Origin: Nitrospirales bacterium
GTDB taxonomy: Bacteria > Nitrospirota > Nitrospiria > Nitrospirales > NS-4
DNA: 64,000 bases
Direction of reading: 5' to 3'
Assembly: GCA_030648395.1 (NCBI GenBank)
Contig: JAUSHW010000201.1
Span: 1,046-65,045, forward strand
How positions within the stretch are numbered: position 1 is the stretch's first letter; the number at the start of each line of letters is the position of its first letter. The notes beneath the pieces are model-generated. The model saw only the letters and a program-made list of their open reading frames with translations, was not told the origin of the DNA and did no database searches. The position numbers and the translations under genes were made by a program. Below, in pieces: positions 14,115 through 24,172 of the stretch.

Positions 14115-17036
14115 ATGGCGAGTACACCAGCAATTATCGTTGACGGCGCGACCAACAGCGTCAAAGGGCAGCCGGGGTCCAGCGACGCCGGCGGCGCGGT
14201 CGTTCTTGCAGGCGGGCTCGGGGCCTCCACCTATGCGGGTGGACTGGTTTCCCTGACCGGCGGCGCGGGCACCACAACTGGGGCCGGCGGGGCTGCCAGT
14301 GTGGTCGGCGGCGCGGGCGGGGATGACGCCGTCGGCGGCACGCTGACCCTCACGGCCGGCGCGGCCGGCGGGGGCAATCGTGCGGGAGGGGCGACCACGA
14401 TCGCGGGCGGAGCCGGTAGCGGCACCGGTGCGGGTGGCGCGGCCACGCTCACCGGTGGAGCCAGCGGAACGGGCGCCACGGGCGCGGGCGGTGCCGCAAC
14501 GGTGACGGGCGGCGCGGCCAGTTCGACGAACAATGTGGGCGGCGTGGCCTCGGTCGTCGGCGGCGCGGGAAACGGAACGGGCAACGGTGCTGCGGCGAAG
14601 CTGACCGGCGGCGTCGGCGGAGCCACCTCTGGCGTCGGCGGCGCGTGCACGATCAAGGGCGGCGCGGGCGGAAGCTCGGCGGGAGCGGGCGGCGCGGTGA
14701 CGCTGGACGGTGGCGGGGCCACGGCCGCGGCCACGGCCGGCGGAGCAATTACGATCACAGGCGGATTGTCGACGACCTCTGCCGCGGGCGGCGCGGTGAC
14801 GCTCGTCGGCGGCGGTGTCGGGACGACCGGAATTGGCGGACTGGTCTCCATCACGGGTGGCGTCGGTGGGACGTCGGGTGCGCGTGACGGCGGTGCGGTC
14901 TCGCTGATCGGCGGCGCCACGGGCGCGGCCAGCACGGGCGTCGGCGGCGTGGTCACGATCACCGGCGGTGCGAGCACGGCCGGCGGGGCCAGCGGAGCGG
15001 GCGGTGCGGTCGCCATTACGGGCGGCGCGGCCGGGACGACGAACGCAGCCGGCGGGGCGGCCAGCCTCATTGGCGGTGCGGGATCCGGAACGGGGAACGG
15101 CGGAGCGGTCACGTCCACGGGTGGACTCGGCGGGGCGACCTCCGGAGTCGGCGGGGCCCTGGTCTTCACGGGCGGCGCGGGGGGATCCTCGGCCGGCGCG
15201 GGCGGCGCGGTTTCGCTGATCGGTGGGGCGGCTACGGCCGGCGCCACGGCGGGCGGCGCGGCAAATTTGAAGGGCGGCGCGAGCACAGGATCTGGAACCG
15301 GCGGACTGGTCACCATCACCGGCGGCGCGGGGAGCGCGGCCACGGGTGTCGGCGGCGGGGTCACCGGAGCGGGCGGACTCGGAAATACGACCGGCGCTGG
15401 TGGGGCGGTCTCCTGGACGGGCGGCGCGGGCGGCACGGATGCCGTCGGCGGGACGGCCAGTCTGATCGGCGGCGCGGCCGGCGGTGGAAACCGTGCAGGC
15501 GGTGCAGCCGCTCTGACGGGCGGCGCGGGTGCGGGGACCTCCGACGGCGGAGCCTCCACGGTCACCGGCGGCGCGGGTGGGGCGACCTCCGGTATCGGTG
15601 GGGCGGCCTCCATCGTGGGCGGTGTGGGCGGAACGTCGGCCGGTGCGGGCGGGGCGGCTCTCGTCACGGGCGGCGCGGCCACGGGTGCGGCCACAGCCGG
15701 CGGGGCGGTCACGATCGCGGGCGGACTCTCGACGACCTCTGCGGCAGGTGGTGCGATTACGATCACGGGCGGCGGCGTCGGGACGACCGGAGTCGGCGGA
15801 TCGGTGGCGGTTGCCGGTGGCGTGGGCGGCACCTCGGGTGCGAGGAACGGCGGTGCCGTCTCGGTGATCGGCGGCGCAGGTGGCGCGGCGGGTATCGGAG
15901 ACGGTGGGATTGCCACCTTCAAGGGTGGTGCGAGCGGAACGGGTGCCACGGGCGCGGGCGGTGCGTTAGCCATCACGGGCGGTGCCGCGGCCTCGACGGA
16001 CGGTGCCGGTGGTGCGGGCGTCATCGCGGGCGGCGCGGGCGCGGGCACGGGCGCCGGTGGACTGGTCTCCCTGACGGGCGGCGCGTCCGGTGCGGGCGCG
16101 ACGGGCAACGGTGGCGCCGCAACGTTGAAGGGGGGAGCCTCTCTGTCAACGGCTGGCGACGGTGGGGCGGTGAGCGTGACCGGCGGCCTGGGCACGACGA
16201 CCGGAGCGGGCGGGGCCATCACGGTGACGTCTGGCGCGGGCGGGACGTCCGGTCTGAGCGGCGCGGTGACGATTGCGAGCGGCGCGGGTGGGACGACCTC
16301 GGCGTCGGGTACGCTGACGATTCGCACGGGTGCCGTCACGGCGACGGCCGGTGCGGCTTCCGGAGCCATGACCATTGAAACCTCTGCCGGGGCAACCGGA
16401 GCAACCTCAACGAACGGCGGCGCCTCGGGTGCGATGACCTTACAGACGTTGGCCGGCGGGACGACGGGGACGGGGACCGGCGGCGCGGGCGGACTCATTT
16501 CAATCCTGACGGGCGTCGGCGGTTTGACGACGGGCGTGGGAACCGCGGGCGGAGCCGGCGGTGGCCTGACCGTGACGACGGGCAACGGTGGCGCGGGCTC
16601 AACCCCGACCACGGGCGGTGTGGGCGGCGCGATTGCCGTGACGGCCGGGAACGGTGGCAACGGGACCACGGGCGGTGTGGGCGGCGCGATTGCGCTCGTG
16701 GCCGGTAATGCCGGAACGGGCGGGAACGTCAACGGGGCGAACATCGACCTGACGCCCGGGACGCTGACGGGGACGGCCTTGAACGGGCATGTGCGGATTG
16801 CACCGGCCACGGCGACGCCGGCCAACGGCGTCTCATCCGGGACGATTGCGAGCAAGGTCGGTCTTCTGTTCGGGAGCACGGCCGGATTCGGCATCTACAT
16901 CGGATCGAGCACGCCGTCTCTGACGGCGGCCCAGGGCTCGTTGTATCTGCGGAGTGACGGCTCGAGCACGAGCACGCGGGCGTACATCAATACGGACGGC
17001 GGGACGACCTGGACGGCCGTGACGACCGCCGCATAA
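14115..17036 (+). CDS. Gly/Ala/Thr-rich repetitive fibre protein (973 aa)
   Basis: ORF track. CAGGAGG RBS. Dozens of GGxGG / (T/S)(L/I)(T/I)GG units with long-range internal duplications. C-terminus GSLYLRSDGSSTSTRAYINTDGGTTWTAV resembles fibre-tip motifs. Confidence 0.8.
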   Translation: MASTPAIIVDGATNSVKGQPGSSDAGGAVVLAGGLGASTYAGGLVSLTGGAGTTTGAGGAASVVGGAGGDDAVGGTLTLTAGAAGGGNRAGGATTIAGGAGSGTGAGGAATLTGGASGTGATGAGGAATVTGGAASSTNNVGGVASVVGGAGNGTGNGAAAKLTGGVGGATSGVGGACTIKGGAGGSSAGAGGAVTLDGGGATAAATAGGAITITGGLSTTSAAGGAVTLVGGGVGTTGIGGLVSITGGVGGTSGARDGGAVSLIGGATGAASTGVGGVVTITGGASTAGGASGAGGAVAITGGAAGTTNAAGGAASLIGGAGSGTGNGGAVTSTGGLGGATSGVGGALVFTGGAGGSSAGAGGAVSLIGGAATAGATAGGAANLKGGASTGSGTGGLVTITGGAGSAATGVGGGVTGAGGLGNTTGAGGAVSWTGGAGGTDAVGGTASLIGGAAGGGNRAGGAAALTGGAGAGTSDGGASTVTGGAGGATSGIGGAASIVGGVGGTSAGAGGAALVTGGAATGAATAGGAVTIAGGLSTTSAAGGAITITGGGVGTTGVGGSVAVAGGVGGTSGARNGGAVSVIGGAGGAAGIGDGGIATFKGGASGTGATGAGGALAITGGAAASTDGAGGAGVIAGGAGAGTGAGGLVSLTGGASGAGATGNGGAATLKGGASLSTAGDGGAVSVTGGLGTTTGAGGAITVTSGAGGTSGLSGAVTIASGAGGTTSASGTLTIRTGAVTATAGAASGAMTIETSAGATGATSTNGGASGAMTLQTLAGGTTGTGTGGAGGLISILTGVGGLTTGVGTAGGAGGGLTVTTGNGGAGSTPTTGGVGGAIAVTAGNGGNGTTGGVGGAIALVAGNAGTGGNVNGANIDLTPGTLTGTALNGHVRIAPATATPANGVSSGTIASKVGLLFGSTAGFGIYIGSSTPSLTAAQGSLYLRSDGSSTSTRAYINTDGGTTWTAVTTAA

Positions 17037-17044
17037 GGGGAAGA

Positions 17045-19504
17045 ATGGCCGGAGTCGCAGAACTTCCTCCTGAGATTCAAGAAGCCCTCCAGGACCGCCA
17101 GGTGTTCAGCCAGGCGGTCCTGGATCAGCTTGCGACCGTCCTCGAGGAGAAGCTGAAGAAGGCGGTCACGGATCGGAAGACCAAGGGGATCGAAGCCACA
17201 TGGACGATGGCCGAGGAATCCTACTGCGGGATTGACGAGGCCAACCGCCATGAGTTTAACGAGGGGACGTGGATTAAACCCCTCACGATTAACGCCCCTG
17301 TGCAGACGACCTCCCGCAAGGGAGACCCGAGCGAGAATCCGAAGTCGACCGCCTTCGTGCGGCTCACGAGCCGGTATGTAGACGCCGGGGCGGCAAAAAT
17401 TGGTGAAGTGATCCTCTCCCCGACGGACAAGGCTTTCAATATCAAGCCGATGCCGATGGAGGAACTCGTCGAGGGGATGAAGGATACGAGTCCGGTCCTG
17501 CAGGAAGGTCAGACGCTTCAACGGAACGCTAAGCCGGAAGAGATCCAACCCGGCGAGCAGGGTGCCAACGGGCTCCCGCCTGGGCGTGATCTCCTGACGA
17601 AGGACCTCGCGGAGGAGGCGATCACTCTTCGCGCAAAGTCGGCCGAGAAGGCGGAGACGCGTATCTATAGCTGGCTCACACGCGCCGGCTATACGCGCGA
17701 GATGCGGAAGGTTATCTTTGACGCGGCGCGGATTGGGGTCGGCATCCTGAAGGGCCCCTTCCCCGAGAAGATCCGGGTCATGGCCGTCAAGAAAAATAAG
17801 ACCGACGGGCGCATTGGTCTGATCATCGAGGAGAAGATCGTCCCGACCTGCCGGTGGGTGAACCCCTGGTTCATCTATCCCGATCCGGCGTGTGGGGAGG
17901 ATCTGCATAGCGCGGATTATATTTTTGAGCGCGACGGGCTCTCCCCGAAACAGGTGCGAAAGTTGAAGGGTCTCCCCGGCTACTTGGATCACGAAATTGA
18001 CGCCGTACTCGAGAAGGGCCCCGATAAAACTCGGATTGATTCGCGCGCACCGAACGAGAAGAAGAACGAGGACCAGTTCGAGGCCTGGTACTACTACGGC
18101 CGGATCCCGCGGTCGGCCCTCGAGGCTGGGAATGCCGAGGCGGCCAAACCGATTCCGGCAGACAGGAAATTCGTCGACGCGATCGTGACGATGATCAACG
18201 GGCGACCCATTAAGGTCGTCCTGCAGACGCTGGACTCCGGCGAGGGGATCTATCACTCGGTCCCCTGGATGCGACGGACGGGCTACTGGGCCGGGATCGG
18301 CGTTGCCGAGCAGGTGCAGATGCCCCAGCGGATGATCAACGCCGCCACGCGCGCGATGCTGAATAACGCGGGCGTCTCCGGTGGGCCACAGATTGTCATT
18401 GACCAGGGGGCGATCACGCCCGTCAACGGGCAGTGGTATCTGACGTCCGGGAAGCTCTGGTACAAGTCGACGGAGGGCACGACGGACGACGTCAACAAGG
18501 CCTTCCAGACGTACGACATTCCGAACGTCGTCGACCCGATGATGAAGATCATCAACTACGCCCTCCGATTGGCGGAGGAGTCCACGAGTATCCCGCTGAT
18601 TACCCAGGGGCAGTCGGGGAAGACGACGCCGGAGACGTTCGGGGCGACCCAGCTCCAGAACAACAACGCGAACCAGTTGCTCCGGAGTATTGGTTACTCG
18701 TTCGACGACCATATCACGGAGCCGTTCATTCATCGGTGCTACGAGTGGCTGCTGCTCGATCCGGACGTCCCGGAGGACGAGAAGCAGGAGTTCCTCATTG
18801 ACGCCCACGGGTCGAGTGCCATGGTCGAGCGGGCGATTCAGGATCAGACGATTACGCAGATGTTTCCCGAGCTGCTCGCGAACGCGGGCGCCTTCGGGAT
18901 CAATCCGAAGCGGCTCTTCGCGCAGCTCTGGAAGATGCGCCACCTCGACCCGGCGGAGGTCCAGAATACGCCCGAGGAGCAGCAGAAGATTGACAGCCAA
19001 CAGCCGCCGCCTCCGCCCGCGGTCCAGGTGGCGATGATCAAGGCTCAGACGGCGGAGAAGACCCTCCAGGCGCAGGCGACGCGCGGGCAGGAGGAGGACG
19101 CCCTCGTGCGTGAGATCGAGCAGCTCGACTCGCAGGTCAAGATTGAGATCGAGACGATTCGCGCGCGGACGCAGGAACTGAAGAGCAAGCTCGACACGGA
19201 CCGGGACACGGTCTACGTCGAGGCGGAGACCACGAAGGCCCAGGCGGTCTTCTCTCAGAAGATGGAAGAGCTCCGACTCAAGAAGGAGCTCGCCATCATG
19301 CAGTACGCGAACGAGCACCAGGTCACGATGGAGGGTGTCAAAGCGAAACTGGCCGAGACCGCGATGAAGCTCAAGGTCGAGAAGGAACTCAATGCGGCGG
19401 CGCTGGGGGCGGATCTGCATAAGCATCACACCCCCTCGGCCGACAAGCCACCCGTCCAGGTGGCCGGGAAGGCGCCCAATGGCCGGGCGATGGCACAGGC
19501 ATGA
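17045..19504 (+). CDS. portal protein (putative, N4-size class)
   Basis: 819 aa. Sits directly upstream of a small ORF, an acidic scaffold-like ORF and the capsid gene (portal-scaffold-capsid synteny). C-terminal Gln/Glu coiled coil. No motif-level proof. Confidence 0.7.
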   Translation: MAGVAELPPEIQEALQDRQVFSQAVLDQLATVLEEKLKKAVTDRKTKGIEATWTMAEESYCGIDEANRHEFNEGTWIKPLTINAPVQTTSRKGDPSENPKSTAFVRLTSRYVDAGAAKIGEVILSPTDKAFNIKPMPMEELVEGMKDTSPVLQEGQTLQRNAKPEEIQPGEQGANGLPPGRDLLTKDLAEEAITLRAKSAEKAETRIYSWLTRAGYTREMRKVIFDAARIGVGILKGPFPEKIRVMAVKKNKTDGRIGLIIEEKIVPTCRWVNPWFIYPDPACGEDLHSADYIFERDGLSPKQVRKLKGLPGYLDHEIDAVLEKGPDKTRIDSRAPNEKKNEDQFEAWYYYGRIPRSALEAGNAEAAKPIPADRKFVDAIVTMINGRPIKVVLQTLDSGEGIYHSVPWMRRTGYWAGIGVAEQVQMPQRMINAATRAMLNNAGVSGGPQIVIDQGAITPVNGQWYLTSGKLWYKSTEGTTDDVNKAFQTYDIPNVVDPMMKIINYALRLAEESTSIPLITQGQSGKTTPETFGATQLQNNNANQLLRSIGYSFDDHITEPFIHRCYEWLLLDPDVPEDEKQEFLIDAHGSSAMVERAIQDQTITQMFPELLANAGAFGINPKRLFAQLWKMRHLDPAEVQNTPEEQQKIDSQQPPPPPAVQVAMIKAQTAEKTLQAQATRGQEEDALVREIEQLDSQVKIEIETIRARTQELKSKLDTDRDTVYVEAETTKAQAVFSQKMEELRLKKELAIMQYANEHQVTMEGVKAKLAETAMKLKVEKELNAAALGADLHKHHTPSADKPPVQVAGKAPNGRAMAQA

Positions 19505-19713
19505 TCGACTTTGCTGAGAGCGATAAGCAGTCCGCCACCTGGCGGAAGATGAAGGCGTACCTCAAGGAACTCCTCGAGAGACGACGGGGGGAACTGGAGT
19601 TGAATAAGACGCCCGAGGAGACCGAACGCCTACGCGGGCGTATCGCGGAATTGAAGCATCTCATGAAGATGGATGAGGACCAGGTCATTGAGGATTTATT
19701 GCCGCCTGCTTAA
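19501..19713 (+). CDS. hypothetical helical protein (70 aa)
   Basis: ORF track. ATGA overlap with the portal stop. Confidence 0.55.
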   Translation: MIDFAESDKQSATWRKMKAYLKELLERRRGELELNKTPEETERLRGRIAELKHLMKMDEDQVIEDLLPPA

Positions 19714-19776
19714 GAGCATACGGCCACGGAGCTCCCCCACGCTTACCACGCCGGGGAGGGGAAGGATCAGGACCCT

Positions 19777-20679
19777 ATGACGACCACAGCCACGAAGGAC
19801 GAGGAGCCGATCGTCGAGGACGCGGCCGAGGAGACGGTCTATACACCCGAGGAGCGGGCGGCCTTTGCCTCCGGTTTCGAGGGGAAGAAGACTGCACCGG
19901 AGGACGTCGTCAAGACGGAGGAGGCCACCGCGGAACTACCCGCGAAGGCAGAGGAGGTTCTGCCTGCGAAGCTCGTCGAACTGACCGAGGAGAAGTACCA
20001 GGAGTTGCTGAAGACCGCAACCACTGTCCAGGAGCTGGCGGTGGCGGTCGAGCAGTTCAAGGGCAACGCCTTCGGAAAGATGGGCGGGCTCGAGCGGACG
20101 ATTAAGGGACTGCAGGAGGGAAACACCAGCGGCAAGCCGATGGAACTCTCGCCTGAGGACCTCGCCGAGTTGCGGATGGAATACCCGGAGATGACGATCG
20201 GGCTCGAGAAGGGCCTGACGCGGATCCTGGGGAAGATCAAGACCGGAGGGCCGGCATTTGATCCGGCATCTGTAGAGCCGCTCATCCAGGCGGCCATTGA
20301 CAAAGCCAAGCCGGCCTGGAAGGAAGAGCTCCGGCGCGAGGACGCGACGGAGGCCCTAAGGGAGCGTCATCCCACCTGGGAGACCATTATCGGCCAGGGG
20401 GCCGATACAGACTTCCGAAAGTGGCTGAAGGGAACGAAAACGCCCGAGGAACAGACGAGGATCTTGGACACCTGGAACCCGAAAGCGGCCGGGGACGTGA
20501 TCGACGAATTCCTCGAGCATCAAAAGAAAACCGCCGCGCCTCCGAAGACGTCGGACGCGGAAGGCCGACGATCACGAATGGAGCAGGGCGTGCAACCTCG
20601 AGGGAGCACCCCGCCGGTTCCGAAATCGTCGACTGTTGAGGACGCGTTCCGCGAGGGCTTTAAGACAGGCCGCTCGTGA
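19777..20679 (+). CDS. scaffolding-like protein (300 aa)
   Basis: Acidic, Glu/Lys/Ala-rich and helical. Lies immediately upstream of the capsid gene. Confidence 0.6.
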   Translation: MTTTATKDEEPIVEDAAEETVYTPEERAAFASGFEGKKTAPEDVVKTEEATAELPAKAEEVLPAKLVELTEEKYQELLKTATTVQELAVAVEQFKGNAFGKMGGLERTIKGLQEGNTSGKPMELSPEDLAELRMEYPEMTIGLEKGLTRILGKIKTGGPAFDPASVEPLIQAAIDKAKPAWKEELRREDATEALRERHPTWETIIGQGADTDFRKWLKGTKTPEEQTRILDTWNPKAAGDVIDEFLEHQKKTAAPPKTSDAEGRRSRMEQGVQPRGSTPPVPKSSTVEDAFREGFKTGRS

Positions 20680-20699
20680 GCGCATAAAGGAGATCGACC

Positions 20700-21779
20700 A
20701 TGGCAACGGGAACACAGACGTATGGGCTCAGCACCCAGCGTGTCGGAAAATACAAGGGCGAGATTCTGGCCCACGCCGTCCCGGTGGAGGTGCTCGGGCG
20801 CGAAGGGCGTCAGGTTCGGATGCCGAAGAACAACAGCGACACATACGTCGCGCGGCGCTTCCTGCCGTACGGCGCGAGCTCCACGAGTGCGAGCACGATC
20901 AATCGCTTCTTCTCGGATGGGACCGGTGATCGCGGCAACGTGATCGTGCAGGCCCATCAGACGCAGGAGGGGATCACGAACGCGCCCGAGACGATCACGC
21001 CCATGGACGTGACGGTCGTGATCGTGCAGTATTCCTGCCTGTACGCCTTCACGGACAAGACGTTCGACCTCTACGAGGACGACATCCCGAAGGAGATGAT
21101 CAAGCAGGTCGGCGAGCGGGTGACGCTGGTCAACGAACTGATCGTCTACGGGGTGCTGAAGGCCTGCACGAACGCCTACTATGGCGGAACGGGCACGACG
21201 ATCGCGACGGTCAACGGCGGCCTGACGCTGGGATTGCTGCGGAAGATCACGAAGGGTCTCCAGGCGAACCACGCCAAGCCGGTCAACAAGATGCTCGGCG
21301 CGGGCGGGGACTACGGCACGGACGCCGTGGAGCAGGGGTACACGATCTACTGCCACACGGATCTGGAGCCGGACATCCGGGATCTCCCGGGGTTCACGCC
21401 GACGGTGAAGTACGCCAGCGGCAAGCCGATGAGCGAGTACGAGGTCGGGAAGGTGGAGCGGATGCGCTTCGTGACCTCCCCGGATCTGCCGTCCATTCAG
21501 GACGGGGGTGCGGCCATCGGGAGCACGAACCTGTACTCGACGTCGGATACGTCCTTGGACGTCTATCCCTTCGTCGTCGTGGCGCAGGATGCCTGGAGCC
21601 AGATTGCGGTCCGTGGGATGGAGTCCCTGGATCCGACCTATCTGGCCCCCGGGCAGAAGAGCAAGTCCGATCCGCATGGACAGCGCGGGTACGCCGGCAC
21701 CATCTGGTGGAAGGCGGCGCTCGTGGAGAATCACGGCTGGATGGCGGTCGGCCACGTCGGCGTGAAGAACCTGGTCTGA
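20700..21779 (+). CDS. major capsid protein (HK97-fold, N4 gp56-like by recall)
   Basis: 359 aa. AAAGGAG RBS. Position after the scaffold-like gene. The C-terminal pattern GQRGYAGTIWWKAALVENHGWMAV recalls the N4-gp56 capsid family. Confidence 0.85.
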   Translation: MATGTQTYGLSTQRVGKYKGEILAHAVPVEVLGREGRQVRMPKNNSDTYVARRFLPYGASSTSASTINRFFSDGTGDRGNVIVQAHQTQEGITNAPETITPMDVTVVIVQYSCLYAFTDKTFDLYEDDIPKEMIKQVGERVTLVNELIVYGVLKACTNAYYGGTGTTIATVNGGLTLGLLRKITKGLQANHAKPVNKMLGAGGDYGTDAVEQGYTIYCHTDLEPDIRDLPGFTPTVKYASGKPMSEYEVGKVERMRFVTSPDLPSIQDGGAAIGSTNLYSTSDTSLDVYPFVVVAQDAWSQIAVRGMESLDPTYLAPGQKSKSDPHGQRGYAGTIWWKAALVENHGWMAVGHVGVKNLV

Positions 21780-21809
21780 GTGACGGTCTAACGAAAGGAG
21801 GACCTTCAC

Positions 21810-22310
21810 ATGATTGATACGGTGACACGGTGGCTGGAGGCGTTTGGCGACAAGCGCCACCAGACCGCTCTGAATAAAACGCTCGGCGCGATTGCGGACC
21901 GACTGTCCTGTCAGATGACGGGGACGGCTGGGCTGGTCATTAAGGCGGGCGGCAGTGCGCTGGCGATGTCCAGCGCGACGGTGGCGGCGCACGGGATCGT
22001 GCAAGGGGTCCCGGTCACGATTGCCACCAGCACGGATATGCCCGCGCTGGTGGGGACGATCACGGCCGGGTCCTACAACATCTTCGCGTTCTTCATCGAC
22101 CGCGCGTCAACCCTGACGGTGGCGATGGGTACGGAAGGGACCACGCTCGCGCTGGTTACATTCCCTCCGATTCCGGAGGGGAAGGCGCTCGTGGGTTACA
22201 TCACGGTCACCTACGCGTCGACCTTCACAGGGGGCACGACGCCGTTGGACACGGCCACGACCAAGTACATCAGCGTGGTGGGGGCCTTTGACCCCAGCAT
22301 TCTGCCGTAA
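21810..22310 (+). CDS. hypothetical capsid-associated protein (166 aa)
   Basis: ORF track. GAAAGGAGG RBS. Position suggests a decoration or head-completion role. Confidence 0.55.
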   Translation: MIDTVTRWLEAFGDKRHQTALNKTLGAIADRLSCQMTGTAGLVIKAGGSALAMSSATVAAHGIVQGVPVTIATSTDMPALVGTITAGSYNIFAFFIDRASTLTVAMGTEGTTLALVTFPPIPEGKALVGYITVTYASTFTGGTTPLDTATTKYISVVGAFDPSILP

Positions 22311-22337
22311 TAACGGCAGGGAAAAGGGAGAAGCACA

Positions 22338-22841
22338 ATGGACACAATTCGTTCGGATAACTTCTGCACCACGAGCGGTCTCCTGACCGCGACGGGGGCG
22401 GAGACGGTCTATGACACAACCGTCACGATCTGCTTCTGTGTCAATGGGAAAGCCAAGACGAAGGGGGCCGTTGCGGACCAGGCCACGCCCACGCTGGACT
22501 ACAACACGGGCGCCGCGTTTCCGGCGTTGGTCGGTGGGGCCAGCGTGGCGAACACGCCCGGCCACGGCTGCATCGTGGTCTGGGGGATGATCGCCGACGG
22601 GACGGTGAAGTGCATGATGGGGACGCACGAGTCCCTGGACATGGACGGGAATTTTGTGCACGCCCCGCAGTTCCCGGTGGTCCCGGACCTGGTGACGCCC
22701 TTTGCGTACCAGGTGCTGAAGGCGGGCGCCACGGCCTCGGCCACGGCGATCGTCTTCGGGGATTCGAACTGGAACGCGACCGGGTTCACGAACGCCATCG
22801 TCAACGTCTTCACGTTGCCGAAGCGTCCGCAGGTCGCCTAA
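22338..22841 (+). CDS. hypothetical capsid-associated protein (167 aa)
   Basis: ORF track. AAGGGAG RBS. Similar size and composition to 21810..22310. Confidence 0.55.
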   Translation: MDTIRSDNFCTTSGLLTATGAETVYDTTVTICFCVNGKAKTKGAVADQATPTLDYNTGAAFPALVGGASVANTPGHGCIVVWGMIADGTVKCMMGTHESLDMDGNFVHAPQFPVVPDLVTPFAYQVLKAGATASATAIVFGDSNWNATGFTNAIVNVFTLPKRPQVA

Positions 22842-22855
22842 GTAGGTGAGAATGG

Positions 22856-22881
22856 GGTGTGCCGCAATCACGCGGCACACC
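22856..22881 (+). terminator. perfect 10-bp stem-loop after the capsid genes (no U tract)
   Basis: GGTGTGCCGC-aatcac-GCGGCACACC, 15 nt after the stop of 22338..22841. It could be an attenuator or an RNA-stability element. Confidence 0.4.
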
Positions 22882-22909
22882 TCGGACTCCTCAGGACGAA
22901 GGGAGACGT

Positions 22910-23461
22910 ATGACTACAGGCGCAACACTGACACCCCCGGTTCGCCGGATGTCGAAGCATGAACGGGACTCACGGGAGCACACGCCCGCCCAGCCGGCGG
23001 TCCTACGGCCGGATCTGTCCAATCGGTCGGAGGCGATTCAGCCGATGGATCGTCCGCTGATGAAAGACGAGGCCGAGGGGCTGGCGTTCAACGAGGAAGT
23101 GGTGCGGATTCTGATTCACCGCTCGGACGATGAGGACCTGGCTTCAAACGTGACGGACTTCATCGCCGTGAATGGCATCAAAGCGGAAGTGATTATGCAC
23201 GACGGCCGCTGGCTGGCGCTCGGGTATCTCCCGAAGGGGATTCCGATCTACACCAAGCGGAAGTACGTCGAGCAGCTCGCACGCGCCAAGATGGACAAGA
23301 TCAAGACGCGCGTGGAGGACATCACCGACAGCGCGGGAGCGGGTGGGAAAGAGAACCACGTCGACCGGTTCACGAAGGCGGTTGCGGCCTTCTCGGTCCT
23401 CGAGGACAAAAATCCGAAGGGTGGCGAGTGGCTGTCTCGCTTGCTGCTCCAGCGCTGGTAA
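22910..23461 (+). CDS. hypothetical head-tail module protein (183 aa)
   Basis: ORF 22859..23461 trimmed to MTTGATL. GAAGGGAG RBS. Confidence 0.55.
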   Translation: MTTGATLTPPVRRMSKHERDSREHTPAQPAVLRPDLSNRSEAIQPMDRPLMKDEAEGLAFNEEVVRILIHRSDDEDLASNVTDFIAVNGIKAEVIMHDGRWLALGYLPKGIPIYTKRKYVEQLARAKMDKIKTRVEDITDSAGAGGKENHVDRFTKAVAAFSVLEDKNPKGGEWLSRLLLQRW

Positions 23462-23464
23462 GCG

Positions 23465-24172
23465 ATGTCGGTCCTCTACCCGGAGACGTTCCTTGACCTG
23501 GTCAAGCGCACCTTCATTGAGTGCGGCTGTTCAGGGGAGGCCCCCACGACGGTCGTGGGGGTCACGGGCGAAGCCTCGCGTGTGACCAACTGGGTCTCCT
23601 CGGCCTGGCTGAGTCTGCAGCAGGTCCATGAGGACTGGCAGTTCCTCGAGGCGTCCTTCTCGTTTGCCACGACCGCCGGCCAGGCGACCTATACACCCGT
23701 CCAGGCGGGGATCACCGCGGGGACGTTCGGGCAATGGAAGACCTGGGACGACCTCCCGCGGAACTATCTGACCGCCACCGGGACGGACGACGAATTTGAA
23801 ATGGACGAGGTGAGTTTCGACGCCTGGCGGGCGCTCTACGACTTTGGCGCACTGAAAAATGTGCGGACACGCCCGGTCGTATTCGCGGTGACGCCGGCGA
23901 AGTCGCTCGCGCTGGGACCGTACCCCCTCGTGGGCTATACGGTCACCGGGAAATACTTCACGGCGCCCGTCTCCATGAGTCTCGACGCGGACGTCCCGAC
24001 CCTCCCCCGGCAGTATCTCCTCGCAATCGTGGGCGGCGCGATGATGGAATACGCGGCCTTCAAGGCGTCCTCGGAGGTCTACCAGCGCGGCAAGCAGTGG
24101 CACGACCAGTATGTCGGACGTCTTGAGCACGCGCGTCTGCCGAGAATGCAATCGGGAGGCGCCCTCGCGTGA
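23465..24172 (+). CDS. adaptor / tail tubular protein A-like (235 aa)
   Basis: Call from position and size only: it precedes a ~700-aa protein downstream of the capsid gene, as gp11/gp12 do in T7-type phages. Confidence 0.4.
   Translation: MSVLYPETFLDLVKRTFIECGCSGEAPTTVVGVTGEASRVTNWVSSAWLSLQQVHEDWQFLEASFSFATTAGQATYTPVQAGITAGTFGQWKTWDDLPRNYLTATGTDDEFEMDEVSFDAWRALYDFGALKNVRTRPVVFAVTPAKSLALGPYPLVGYTVTGKYFTAPVSMSLDADVPTLPRQYLLAIVGGAMMEYAAFKASSEVYQRGKQWHDQYVGRLEHARLPRMQSGGALA

Noticed and set aside
14231-16894. 887-aa Pro/Ala-rich ORF antisense to the Gly-rich fibre gene
   Set aside because: It is the mirror image of GGN/GCN-rich repeats. The GC-rich repetitive sequence simply lacks stops on the opposite strand. 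It has no RBS, and the sense ORF has a strong RBS and fits the operon context.
14115-17036. Collagen-like fibre
   Set aside because: There is no sustained G-X-Y triplet periodicity. The Gly residues come as GG/GGxGG doublets.
11024-17036. Diversity-generating retroelement acting on fibre tips
   Set aside because: There is no reverse transcriptase ORF and no template/variable repeat pair with A-specific mismatches in the window.
16895-19429. 844-aa Arg/Leu-rich ORF antisense to the portal gene, plus similar antisense ORFs at 8507..9523, 10472..11389, 20520..22004, 36701..38275, 43688..45067 and 62582..63865
   Set aside because: The Arg/Leu/Pro/Gly-dominated composition is typical of the reverse frame of GC-rich genes. 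Each lies wholly inside a well-supported sense gene.
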